From Eledone cirrhosa (Eukaryota), in assembly GCA_964016885.1 (NCBI GenBank), contig OZ024743.1:271870001-271934000 (forward strand): DNA of 64,000 bases, read 5' to 3'. The notes under the pieces were generated by a model. The model saw only the letters and a program-made list of their open reading frames with translations. It ran no database searches and was not told the DNA's origin. Below, piece after piece: positions 1 through 11,059 of this stretch (within the stretch, counting starts at the first letter, position 1; each line of letters opens with the position of its first letter). The position numbers and the translations under genes were made by a program.

Positions 1-160
1 ATCATCATCATCATCATCGTTTAACGTCTATCTTCCAAGCAAGCATGAGTTTAGACGGGAATTGTCCCACTTGAGGCAAGATCGGTTGTCTAGCTCGTAT
101 AGGACTGTTTGGCAGGTTTTCTACGGCTGGATGCCCTTCCTAACACCAGCCACGTTTACA
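1..160 (-). mobile_element. 3' tail of RTE-clade LINE (or RTE-tailed SINE) with (GAT)n end
   Basis: Closely similar to the 3' end of the RTE LINE at 57855-58030 (ctacggctggatgcccttcctaacacca; (ATC)n run). Confidence 0.75.
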
Positions 161-329
161 TATATGTTTATATGTATATATATATATATAAATTATATGT
201 ATATATATATATATAAATCTAAAGTCTTTCTCAAGCTTCGGAGGCTGACCAGGTCAGTGCCTATCTCGGTTTCCATGGCATTAAGCGACAACATGTTATT
301 AGAGCTGAGATGCCTTTCAAATGATTCCA

Positions 330-640
330 AGTGCTTGTTGGATTTCTGGTGCTTCCAATGATTAATGAACGTGCCTTTTGACCAATGAAACATCTTACTT
401 GTGAAATTAACATGCAAGTGGCTGAGCATTCTACAGACAGGTGTACAATTTATGTAGTTCTTAGAAAGGTTTATTGTGACTCAGCATGTAGGAAAGCTGG
501 CCTTTTGAATTACAGATACAACTCATTTTTTTCTAGCTGAGTGGATTGGAGTAATGTGAAATATAATGTCTTGCACTATATATCACCTAGAATTGAACTC
601 ATAGCATCAAGGTTAACAACCTAACCACTAAGCCACATAT
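330..640 (-). mobile_element. tRNA-derived CORE-like SINE, degenerate
   Basis: Reverse strand carries A/B-box-like motifs (gtggcttagtggttag; gagttcaattc). Related to copies at 32330-32650 and 62862-63220. Confidence 0.55.
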
Positions 641-665
641 CTTCATAATTTCATGCTTTACTTAC

Positions 666-744
666 CTGAACTATAGCTCTCATTCCATGGTTTTGCTTGA
701 CACACGGACAAAAATAAGACCGCAAATACAGTGAACAGCCACAT
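666..744 (-). CDS. First coding exon of a secreted or membrane host protein (signal peptide MWLFTVFAVLFLSVCQA-KPWNESYSS); exon spans 666-752 and the gene runs off the left edge
   Basis: Minus strand: pyrimidine tract + CAG acceptor (cctctttatctttatcctcaacag) before 752, ATG at 744, 26 codons with a hydrophobic core and C-Q-A cleavage-like site, then a consensus donor CAG|GTAAGT (phase 1) at 666/665. Confidence 0.72.
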
Positions 745-774
745 CTTATTGTCTGTTGAGGATAAAGATAAAGA

Positions 775-859
775 GGATGATGATGGTAAAAGCGATGATG
801 ATGATGGTGATGATGATAATGATGATGATGGTAAAGATGATGATGATGATGTTAGTAAA

Positions 860-890
<31 letters not shown>

Positions 891-952
891 TTGATGATGG
901 TGTTGATGGTGATGATGATGATGATGATGACTTTAAAGATGGTGATGATGAT
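775..952. repeat. (GAT)n microsatellite, imperfect
   Basis: Directly visible. It explains the poly-D, poly-M and poly-I ORFs. Confidence 0.95.
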
Positions 953-1059
953 TCTTGGCAGAGCTGTTCTGCTAAAGAACAGGTTGAAGGTGGTGGTTAG
1001 TGATACAGCCACCAGATATGATGGCTAGTTGCAATAAAAGAAGGCAACTGCCAGACAAA

Positions 1060-1634
1060 TAAGCAACCCCGGACCAACAGCGGTAAACTACCAGGTGTTC
1101 AAGAAATTGTGGGAGGCTGAATTAAGTGCAAGAATTGCAGGATCTGGTGCAGTAATGTGCCACCTTCAGCATTTGGTAATCAGAAGAAGGGATGTAGGCA
1201 TAAAAGCTAAACTCGCTATATTTAATTCGGTATCTATGCCAACCCTTACCTATGGTCATGAATCTTGGGTAATGACCAAAAGAATATGATCGTGAATACA
1301 AGCGGCCGAAATGGAATTCCTCTGAAGGGTCTTTGGAGTAACGTTACTTAATAGAGTACATAGCTTGGATATCAGAGAGTCACTTCAGGTAGAAATACTA
1401 CTTCTCCGAATTGAGAGACCACAGCTCCGATACTACGGGCATGTTGTTAGAATGTCTAAAGAAAGTATCGCTGGACAGATTTTACAGGCAAAACCAACTG
1501 GCAGGAGACCCAGTGGTAGAGCCCAAGCAAAATGGTTGGCTAACATACATGAGTTTGGCTTGTCTCTCTTGGGATCCAGTCGGATCTGTTGGAGGTGGTT
1601 GCTTCTGACAGGACCCGCTGGAAGGAATAAATAG
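1060..1634 (+). mobile_element. RTE-clade LINE 3' fragment (pseudogenised RT C-terminus)
   Basis: Translations KAKLAIFNSVSMPTLTYGHESW, IQAAEMEFL and QLRYYGHVVRM...GRRPSGRA..KW match the RTE C-terminal region; stops present. Confidence 0.8.
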
Positions 1635-1699
1635 ACGAAGAAGAAGAGATAATGATGAGGATGATGAGGATGATGATGATGGTGTAGATGGTGCGGGAA

Positions 1700-2010
1700 A
1701 AGATAATACGTAAAGTTGAACTCAATGGGATCTGAACTCAGAACATAAATAGCCGAAATAAATGCTGCCGTACTTTTGTTCAACACCCTATCAATTCTGC
1801 CAATCCACTACTACACACTAGATTAATAATTGTTTCTATGTTTGGCACAAGGCCAGCAATTTAAAAATCAATTAAATCGACTGCAGTGTATTACTAGTAT
1901 TTTATTGACTTCATAAGGATTAAGCTAACTTTGGCAGGATTTGGACTCAGAACATAAAGAGCAGCAAAGTATGTTGTCTGACGCTCTACCAATACTACCA
2001 ATCCACCATC
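1700..2010 (-). mobile_element. Two degenerate copies of the abundant tRNA-derived (Meta-type core) SINE
   Basis: ggcacaaggccagcaatt...ggatttggactcag...ccaatccacca, the reverse complement of the SINE seen intact at 45351-45537. Confidence 0.7.
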
Positions 2011-2029
2011 CCACATAAGCTTAATAAGA

Positions 2030-2630
2030 AAGTTAGTTATATTCGCATCATCAATCTGGAACCCCTATCTTGCTCAGAACATTGACCTCCTGGAAACTGT
2101 TCAGAGACGAGCAACCAAGCGCATACCCTCCATCAGACATCTACCATACTCTGAACGCCTTGCTTCCCTGGGCATGGATTCATTGAAGCTCCGATGTCTG
2201 GCAATGGACTTGGTAAACACCCACAAAGTTATTAACCATCTCGCCAACAACAACACTGAGCACCTTTTTGATCTCCATGTGTCTAACACACGTGGACATG
2301 CCTACAAAATCAGAAAACAGCACAGCTCCCATGATTTTCGTAAAAAAATTTTCACGCTCAGAGTTGCTGAAGCATGGAACAAACTACCTGCGTCAGTTGT
2401 TAGCTGCTGAGACACTGCATCCTTTAAAACCCTCATGCTTCCCGAAATATGCCAAAACTATACCTGATGTACCCCTTCCATACACATGCACACATGTGTA
2501 TATCATGACTCATGCACTGTTCATTTTCCTGACGTTTGTACATTACCCTATGTACTATACATACACTTTTTGATGAGTTGTAGTGCACCTGAGCACTGTA
2601 CACAATATTTCAATATTATTATTATTATTA
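2030..2630 (+). mobile_element. CR1/L2-group LINE 3' end with (ATT)n tail
   Basis: Reads ASSIWNPYLAQNIDLLETVQRRATKRIP...YSERL...TRGH...RVAEAWNKLP, typical of the CR1/L2 ORF2 C-terminus, followed by a UTR and (ATT)n. Confidence 0.8.
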
Positions 2631-2949
2631 AAAATTCTTGATTATTATTAAAATGATTTTAAAATGATAGGCAGTATTTTTCATTAGAAATATGCTAACA
2701 AAAGGGTTAATATTTTTTCACAGTCACTATACTTAACCTAACTTTAGCTTATTTATGATGCTGAAAATATTGGCAATACTGGAATTAATCAAATCTGACT
2801 TTTTAATTATTTAACCTTTTTTGTAACCATATACTGCCTTAGAATTTTTATTACCAAATGACAGAAGTCTAGTGAAATAACTAACTTTTAACTTAATAAT
2901 AAAAAACAAATATTTAACTACTGAAATCTAATATAACGTAGTATACAAT

Positions 2950-3410
2950 AAGGATTTCTAATTTAGGTTTAAGGCCAGCAATTTTGTGGGGAGGGGAAAG
3001 CCAATTACATTGACTTCCCAAATATTTTACTCTTACTTTATTTTATGAACTCCAGAAGGATGAAAGGCAAAGTTCATCTCACTAGGATTCAAACTCAGAA
3101 TGTAAAGGGCCGTAATTAAATGCAATAAAGCATTTTATCTGACATGCTAATGATTCTGTAAATCCACTGCCCTTATTTAACATGTAATAATAATTTCTAA
3201 TTTAGGCACAAGGCCAGTAATTTTGAAGGGAGAGCAAATTTGATTATATTGCTCTCACTACTTAACTGGTACTTCATTTTATAGGCTCCAGAAAGATAAA
3301 AGCTAAGTTCACCTCACTAGGATTTGAACTTAGAATGTAAAGACTATAATTAAATGCCATAAAGCATTTTGTCTGACACGCTAACGATTTTATAAATCAA
3401 CTGCCCTTAT
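2950..3410 (-). mobile_element. Tandem pair of Meta-type tRNA SINEs
   Basis: Two head-to-tail diverged copies of the SINE consensus separated by an AAT-rich spacer. Confidence 0.7.
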
Positions 3411-3460
3411 CTAGCATGTAATAATGAGATTTCAGTCCAAGACATAAAAATATGAACTCT

Positions 3461-3688
3461 TTAACCCTTTAGCATTTAAACTGGCCATATCCGGCCAGAA
3501 TTCTCTCACCTCTTTCTGTCCAAACCAACTGTAACTGACACTCATACTGATGTTAAGGTATTGTTCTCAAAATAAATAATATCAAAATCTCATAGATTCG
3601 ATATTATGTGAGATAATTATGTAAGATAAAGCTTTTACCATGAAAATACAACAGTATATATAGAGTAATGTAAATGCTAAAAAGTTAA
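3461..3688. mobile_element. piggyBac-like MITE (TTAA target)
   Basis: TTAA-CCCTTTAGCATTTA ... TAAATGCTAAAAAG-TTAA terminal inverted repeats; second copy at 33056-33271. Confidence 0.75.
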
Positions 3689-4479
3689 TAGAGGTGGTTT
3701 CTTGTAAGTTGAGTTAGAGATAAGGTTAAAACAATTTCAAGGAATCCTTTCCCTCTTATCAGGTTGAAAACCTCAGCAGTTCAAAAAACACTGTTTTTCT
3801 ATATTTACATTGTCATTGGTGTTATTTATCCATTCCCTTGAAAATATTTCCAACAAATTTTTATAATTTGAACTTTTTAATACATAAATATCCCATACAT
3901 ATACATATTTTTCTCTAACAATACTTTTTCTTTCAATCTTACATAAGATTGAAATCTTACTTCTGATTTCATTTTATTTCTTGCTTTTGTTCTCTGTTTT
4001 TCTCATTCTATCTCTCCTCGCTCTTACTTGTTGCCCCCCCCCCCCACACACACACAGCTCTTCTACTATGAACCCCTATACAAAGTTCACTTATTCAATC
4101 GCTTGCTTTCATAATACAATTAGCATGTGAGTGGTCGGAAGTAAATAAAAATTTGAGAAACTTGTTAAAATTTAACATAATGGAAACTCATTATTTAATG
4201 GAGTTATGAAACAAAAACTATCCTCTAAACGACACTTAAAACATTTTAACCATCAAAATATTAAAACTTTGTAAATATATTTTATACTCATGAAAGTTTC
4301 AAAACCACAGCATCTAAACATAATGATTTCTATTATCCATAATGGTTTCTATTATACAGCATCTAAACATAATGTGCCGATTAGCTCCCTCGGCTTCTGA
4401 ATGGGGTTTGGACTTTTGCCCATTTCTCAGACATAAAATAGATTGATTTATATTGAAGTATATGGTATATAAATCATGC

Positions 4480-4870
4480 CAGTGCTTGACTGCTACTTAT
4501 TTTATTGATGAAAAGCAAAGTTAACCTTGGCGGGATTTTAACTCAGAATGTAAATAACCAGAACCAATACTGCAATCGCATTTTATCCGAAGCTCTACCA
4601 ATTCTGCCAATCCAACACCATTAATGATAGTAAAATAATTCTTTTTGATATTAGTTGTTTCTACTTTTGGCACAAGGTCAGCAATCTGAAAGGGAGGGAG
4701 AAAGTTGATTAAATTGACTCCAGTGCATTACTGGTGCTTTATTTTATGGACCCCGTAAGGATGAAAGTCAAAGTTTAACTTCAGTGAGATTTGAACTCAT
4801 GACATCAAAGGATGAAACTATATGCTATAAAGCATGTTGCCTGACATTCTACTGATACTGCCAAATCCAC
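4480..4870 (-). mobile_element. Two Meta-type tRNA SINE copies
   Basis: aaagttaaccttggcgggattttaactcag and ccccgtaaggatgaaag motifs of the SINE family. Confidence 0.7.
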
Positions 4871-5098
4871 CATCGTTAATAACAGTAAAATAATTTAAAA
4901 AAAGAAACAGTAAAAAAAATATAAGAAAGTGAATATAATTCATAACCTAGACATTGCACCAGATGGTGCAGCTTGCATGTAAATGAAACCATTAAAATTG
5001 ACGACACTTGGTGCGTCAAGAATTCCCAATGTCAAGACCACATATTGGTTAACACTTACAGCAACAGTCAATAATAATAAACGATAGGTTTTGCTTAC

Positions 5099-5130
5099 CT
5101 TTTGCAACAGCAGCTTATCCTGACTGAGTT
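5099..5130 (-). other. Candidate 32-nt micro-exon (probably 5'UTR) of the minus-strand host gene
   Basis: ctttgtcttttatctctcag|AACTCAGTCAGGATAAGCTGCTGTTGCAAAAG|gtaagc: strong acceptor and donor. Splicing to the 752 acceptor places an in-frame TAA upstream of the ATG. Confidence 0.5.
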
Positions 5131-5219
5131 CTGAGAGATAAAAGACAAAGGTTTTAAATAAAGTTTGTAAAAGCTGAGCAAACAATTGATGGGAGATTGA
5201 AGAATATGGTTGGTTGTTG

Positions 5220-7780
5220 GGGAGGGGTTTGCATAATAGGTGGTTGTGGTGGTGGTGGTAGTAGTAGTGGTGGTGGTAGTGGTGGTGGTGGTGGTGGTAG
5301 TAGTAGTAGTGGTGGTGGTGGTAGTAGTAGTAGTAGTGGTAGTAGTAGTGGTGGTGGTGGTGGTGATGGTGGTAGTAGTGGTGATGTTGATGGTGGTGAG
5401 AGTAGTAATGGTAGTAGCTGTAGTGGTGGTGGTAATGGTAGTGGTGGTAATGGTAGTGGTGGTGGTAGTAGTAGTGGTAGTGGTAGTAGTAGTGGTGGTA
5501 GTAGTGGTGGTAGTAGTGTTGCTGTTGATGGTGGAGAGAGTAGTAATCGTAGTAGCTGTAATGGTGGTAGTAGTAGTGGTCGTAGTGGTAGTAGTAGTGG
5601 TAGTAGTGGTGATGTTGATAGTGGTGAGAGTAGTAATGGTAGTAGTTGTAGTGGTGGTGGTAGTGGTGGTGGTGGTGGTGTTAGTGGTAGTGGTAGTAGT
5701 AGTGGTGATGTTGATGATGGTGAGAGTAGTAATGGTAGTAGTGGTGATGTTGATGATGGTGAGAGTAGTAATGGTAGTAGTTGTAGTGGTGGTGGTAGTA
5801 GTAGTGGTGGTGGTAGTAGTAGTGGTGGTAGTAGTGGTGGTGGTGGTGGTAGTAGTGGTGGTAATAGTGGTGGTAGTAGTGGTGGTAGTAGTAGTAGTGG
5901 TGGTGGTAGTGGTAGTGGTGGTGGTAGTGGTGGTGGTGGTGGTAGTAGTGGTGGTAGTAGTGGTGGTAGTAGTGGTGATGTTGATGGTGGTGAGAGTAGT
6001 AATGGTAGTAGTTGTAGTGGTGGAAGTGTTCATGCTGTTGATGATGGTGGTGGTGGTGGTAGTAGTCATAGCGGTTGTAGTGGTAGTGGTGGTGGTTGTG
6101 GTGGTGCTGTTGATAGGATATTAGCAGTACTTGTATTGGTACTGGTGTTGGTGGTGCTAGCAATGCTTGTAGTGCTGTTGGTAGTGATAGTGGTGGTAAT
6201 GGTGGTAGTGGTGGTGCTGTTGATGGTGGTGGTAGTAGTGGTTGTAGTGGTTGTGAGGGTATTAGTGGTGGTAGTTGTGGTGCTGTTGATGGCGGGGGTT
6301 GTGATGGTAGTTGTGGTGCTGTTGATGGGGCTGGTGGTAGTAGTGGTAGTAGGGGTTGTAGAGGTTGTGTGGGGTAGTGGTGGTTGTGGTGGTAGTAGTG
6401 GTAGTGATTGTAGTGGTAGTGGGGTGTAGTGGAGGTGGTGGTAGTTGTAGTGCTGTTGATGGGGGTGGTGGTAGTAGTGGTAGTGGTTGTAGAGGTTGAG
6501 GGTGTAGTTGTGGTGGTTGTAGTGGTTGTGTGGGGTAGTGGTGGTAGTAGTGGTAGAGATTGTAGTGGTGGTGGTTGTGTTGGTAGTTGTAGTGCTGTTG
6601 ATGGTTATGGTGGTAATAGTGGTTATGGTTGTAGTGTTTGTTGTGGCAGTGGTGGTGGTTCTGGTGGTAGTTGTGGTGCTGTTGATGGTGGTGGTAGTAG
6701 AGGTAGTGGTTGTAGTGGTTGTTGTGGTTGTAGTGTTTGTTGTGGCAGTGGTGGTGGTTCTGGTGGTAGTTGTGGTGCTGTTGATGGTGGTGGTGGTACT
6801 AATGGTAGTGCTGGTAGTAATGGTAGTGGTTGTAGTGGCTGTGGGGCATAGTGGTGGTGATTGTGGTGGTAGTTGTGGTGCAGTTGATGGTGGTGGTAGT
6901 AGAGGTAGTGGTTGTAGTGGTTGTTGTGGTTGTAGTGGTTGTTGTGGTTGTAGTGGTGGTTGTGGTGGTAGTTGTGGTGCTGTTGATGGTGGTTGCGGTA
7001 TTATTGTTGTTGGTAGTGGTGGTAGTGGTTGTAGTGGTTGTGAGGGGTTGTGGTGGCAGTTGTGGTGGTAGTAGTGGTAGTGGTTGTAGTGGTTGTGGGT
7101 TGTAGTGGTGGTTGCAGTGGTTGTTGTGGTGGTGGTGATGGCGGTGGTGGTAGTAGTGGTAGTGGTTGTGGGGTGTAGTGGTGGTGGTTGCAGTGGTTGT
7201 TGTGGTGCTGGTGATGGTGGTGGTGGTAGTAGTGGTAGTGGTTGTGGGGTGTAGTAGTGGTGGTTGTAGTGGTTGTTGTGGTGCTGTTGATGGTGTTGGT
7301 GGTAGTGGTGGTGATTATGGGGGTTACAGTGTTGTTGTTGCTGTTGATAGTGGTGGTAGTAGTTGTATATGTGGCAGTGGTGGAGGTGGTGGTAGTGGTG
7401 GTGTTGTGGATGTGGCAGTGGTGGTAGTAGTTGTTGTTGTTGTTGTTGTTGGTAGTGGTGGTGGTGGTGATAGTGGTGGTGTTGTGGATGTGGTGGTAGT
7501 AGTTGTAGTTGTGGCAGTGGTGGTGTTGTGGTTGTGGCAGTGGTGGTGATGGTGGTAGGGCAGTGGTGGTAGTAGTTGTGGTAGTGGTAGTGATGGTGAT
7601 GATAGTAGTGGTGGTGTTGTAGTTGTGGTAGTGGTGGTAGTAGTTGTGGTTGTGGTAGTGCTGGTGATGGTGGTAGTGGTGGTGTTGTGGTTGTGGTAGT
7701 GGTAGTAGTAGTTGTGGTTGTGGCAGTGGTGGTGATAGTGGTAGTGGTGGTGGTGTTGATGGTGGTAGTGGTGGTGTTGA
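5220..7780. repeat. ~2.5-kb degenerate (GGT/AGT/TGT)n trinucleotide array with higher-order units
   Basis: Directly visible; a recurring unit ggtgatgttgatggtggtgagagtagtaatggtagtag occurs in the first kilobase. Confidence 0.95.
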
Positions 7781-7884
7781 TATTATACGCAAGTATATAT
7801 GCATGTGGTCCTATGTGCGCATGCGTGAAGGCTTGTCCGAAGTGCGCATGTGCGCAACTCTGGTCGGAAGTGCGCATGCGCAAA

Positions 7885-9922
7885 GGCTGTGTTTTCGGTT
7901 CCACTTCCCTAAATTTTTTAGGCCACCTCATCGACGCCGAAGGTATTAGGCCGCTCCCTCAGCGAGTTCAAGCCATACAGGAGTTACCTCCGCCTACTAC
8001 ACTTCACCAGTTGCGTCACTTCTTAGGCCTAATCAATTTCTATAGGCGTTTCGTTCCTCATTGTGCTAATTTGCTATCTTCCCTTACTGACATTTTAAAA
8101 AATCGTCGTAAGAAGAATGAGGATATTTCCTTGACACAAGGACAGCTTCAAGACTTCCAGACTGCCAAGACAGCACTCGCTAGTTCATCTTTGCTAGCCC
8201 ACCCGGTACCAGAGGCCAAGCTTTCGCTTTGTGTTGATGCATCTGATACCGCTGTGGGAGCAGTTTTACAGCAGTCCTACGCTGAAAACCAACAACCTTT
8301 GGCATTTTTCTCGAGGAAGTTGAAACCAGCAGAAACGCGTTATAGCACGTTTGGGCGGGAATTATTAGCCATATATCTGTCGGTGAAACATTTCTCTCAT
8401 ATTCTTTATGGGAGAAATTTTACCGTTTTTACCGACCACAAACCGTTGACCTTCGCTTTGAGGGCCAAAGCCGACAGATATTCGCCCAGAGAGACAAGGC
8501 ACCTGCACTACGTTTCACAATTTACAAACGATATCCAGCACATTGCCGGCTCGCACAACATAGTTGCAGACGCATTGTCACGTTTGCCAATCAGCTCCAT
8601 CTCGTCATCCCAGGAGATCGACTTAGGTCGTTTAGCTGCAGACCAACCTGCACTCCAATCGTTGGACACTCTTTCTGCTGAATTTGCGACTTGCATTTTC
8701 AAATATCTGCCCTTGTCCACCACCGACAGGCATATTCTATGTGATGTATCTACGGATGCACCACGACCACTTGTTCCTGAGACTCACCGTCGAATTGTGT
8801 TCCTGGCTTTGCACAACATTTCTCACCCAGGATCTGCTGCCACAGTAAAGCTCATAACAGCCAGATTCTTCTGGCCAAATATGAGGCGCGACATTGCTGC
8901 TTGGTGCCGTTCCTGCATCGCTTGCCAGAAATCTAAAATCCATAGACACAACCGGGCTCCACTTGGTACTTTCAGTACTCCAGATGCTCGGTTTCAACAC
9001 ATCCACATTGACCTCGTTGGACCTTGGCCATTCAGCAGTGGATATTCATACATATTGACCTGTGTCGATCGTTTTTCGCGATGGCCTGAAGCCATCCCTT
9101 TACAAGACATGACTGCTGAGACTGTAGCACGTGCCCTGGTATCAGGGTGGATTACCCGCTTTGGGGTACCAACTACACTCACCACAGACCGTGGTAGACA
9201 ATTCGAGTCCCATCTCTTCTCTGAGCTCACAAAAAATAATTGGAGCTCAACGGATTCGGACCACAGCCTATTATCCTGCTTCAAATGGAATAGTGGAACG
9301 ATTCCACCGCCAATTAAAGGCCGCTCTTCGCGCCTATCCAGACTCTCAACGTTGGAGCGAGTACCTTCCTATTGTATTGTTAGGAATTCGGTCATCAATA
9401 AAGGAGGACCTTGGGTTCTCCCCGGCCGAATTACTTTACGGTGCTCCTCTAGCGTTGCCTGGGCAAATGCTTGCCCCTGTTGATCTTGCTTTCCAAGATC
9501 CGCTTTCCTACGTATCCCGTCTGCGTTCTTATTTTCAGGACCTGCCGCCGATGGATACGAGGAAACAAACTGTAAAACCTGCTGTCCCGAGGGATATTGC
9601 CTCGTGGACCCATGTGTTCGTAAGGAACGATGCTGTGAGAACACCCCTCACACAACCATACTCTGGACCCTACCGTGTGTTAGCACGTACTGACAAACAT
9701 TTCACTGTAGACGTTAAGGGGTCCAGAGAGACAATTTCGGTGGATAGACTGAAAAGGGCACACAATGACGCTCATACACCCGAGCCACAAATACCCCAAT
9801 CTTTCTCTCTTGTGCATACACCTGCTCCTTCTGCCCCACCTTCACCTACATACAAAACTACGACCCGTTCCGATCGGAGAGTCCACTGGCCCAAAAAGTT
9901 CTACCAAACTATTTTTATGTGA
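7885..9922 (+). pseudogene. pol: Ty3/Gypsy pol, 5'-truncated: end of RT, RNase H, integrase; one frameshift
   Basis: [10 protein letters not shown] and [16 protein letters not shown] (RT thumb); VDASD..GAVL, RELLAI, TDHKPL, ADALSR (RNase H); HHCC, D-D-E (HIDLVG, TTDRG, VERFH) and PYSGPY (integrase). Frameshift at the A-run 9231-9236. Confidence 0.93.
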
Positions 9923-10615
9923 ACTGGCCACTGGAGCCTTATTTTTTTTTTTTTTTGCTGTTCTTGTTATTTATTGATTTATTGTATTACAATGTACCTC
10001 TCATTACCATTTCACTGGATGTATATATATGTTTTTCGTTTCCTTTTACAACGAACATTTTAAAAGAAATTTGATTTTTTTTTTACACATTTCGACACGA
10101 ACACTTCTTTTCGCTGAATCTCAACTATTGTTTATTCTTTCCACCAAGCTATATTCTTCTATTTGCCGGTTTATAAATTTACCACGTAAATTTGCCGTTG
10201 AAAACTGCGCATTTATTCAGAATGCTTATTTCTCTGGTCGCTGGCCTCTTGACCCTTCCAGGTCAACGTATTCACAACATCAACAACAACAACAACACAG
10301 CTTCATCAACAACCAAAACCATCAGAACAAGCCAGAGAATTTATTTCTGCAGCACTCTTCCTGTGAGAAATTCCCTTCGGAAGTTGGAAATTTCACGTTA
10401 TACCACAGACCAGAAACCACCTGCATTCATTCTCTGGAACACATTATTTCCTGCTGTCATGTGATTGCACACATGTGAACTGTATTTTGAACTTTGACCT
10501 CTTCTCTTCCTTTGATTACATTGTATCATAATTTTCATGCTTCTTACATGCTCGCCATCTTACTCCATGCATGCTTCATTCGATTTTTATGTTTTAAAAA
10601 TCTGGCGGGGGATAA

Positions 10616-10922
10616 TGTAGCAAGAGTTGCCTCCCTTGTCATGACAATCTCATCACCGCTCTCTAGACAGGAAGTAGCTGGAGTTGCTTCCCTTTGGGGG
10701 TGACAGACTCCCTGTTGGTCACTTCCGGTCAGACCCTATAAAAAGAACAGGTTAGGACGATCTTGCTCTCTCGCCTCCTGAATTCCAAAGTGGTTACACC
10801 TGCGACCTTAGCATGAGATGATTCCTTTCTCATAGTCCTTCGCCACCAAGAAGAATGCAACCGGCAGCCTAAGAGCCTAATAAGATGTTAACACCTTCTA
10901 AAGATCTCTGTTCTTCTCTACA
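10616..10922 (+). mobile_element. 3' LTR of the Gypsy element, preceded by a polypurine tract
   Basis: PPT-like ctggcgggggataa ends at 10615; termini TGTAG...CTACA (5-bp inverted repeat); TATA-like cctataaaaag near 10735. Confidence 0.78.
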
Positions 10923-11059
10923 CACTTCAGCCTAGGAGTTGTGATCCACGGGTAATGATTCATTTATATTAATCCCTTTGACTTCTATGAAGTAAAAACA
11001 TTATCACAACACACACCGGCATTTATTGTCTTTTGTAATAATTTTATATGTACACCGAT

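Noticed and set aside
731-1028. Asp-rich, Met-rich and Ile-rich ORFs
   Set aside because: These are translations of a (GAT)n microsatellite in an intron.
5095-7931. Long poly-Thr (mucin-like), Gly/Ser, Val and His ORFs
   Set aside because: They arise from a stop-poor trinucleotide array that is open in several frames on both strands. The array also lies upstream of the signal-peptide exon, so it cannot be that protein's mucin domain.
10029-10478. 149-aa ORF after Gypsy pol (env-like or extra ORF?)
   Set aside because: No recognisable motif; low complexity with a CAA run; most likely untranslated region.
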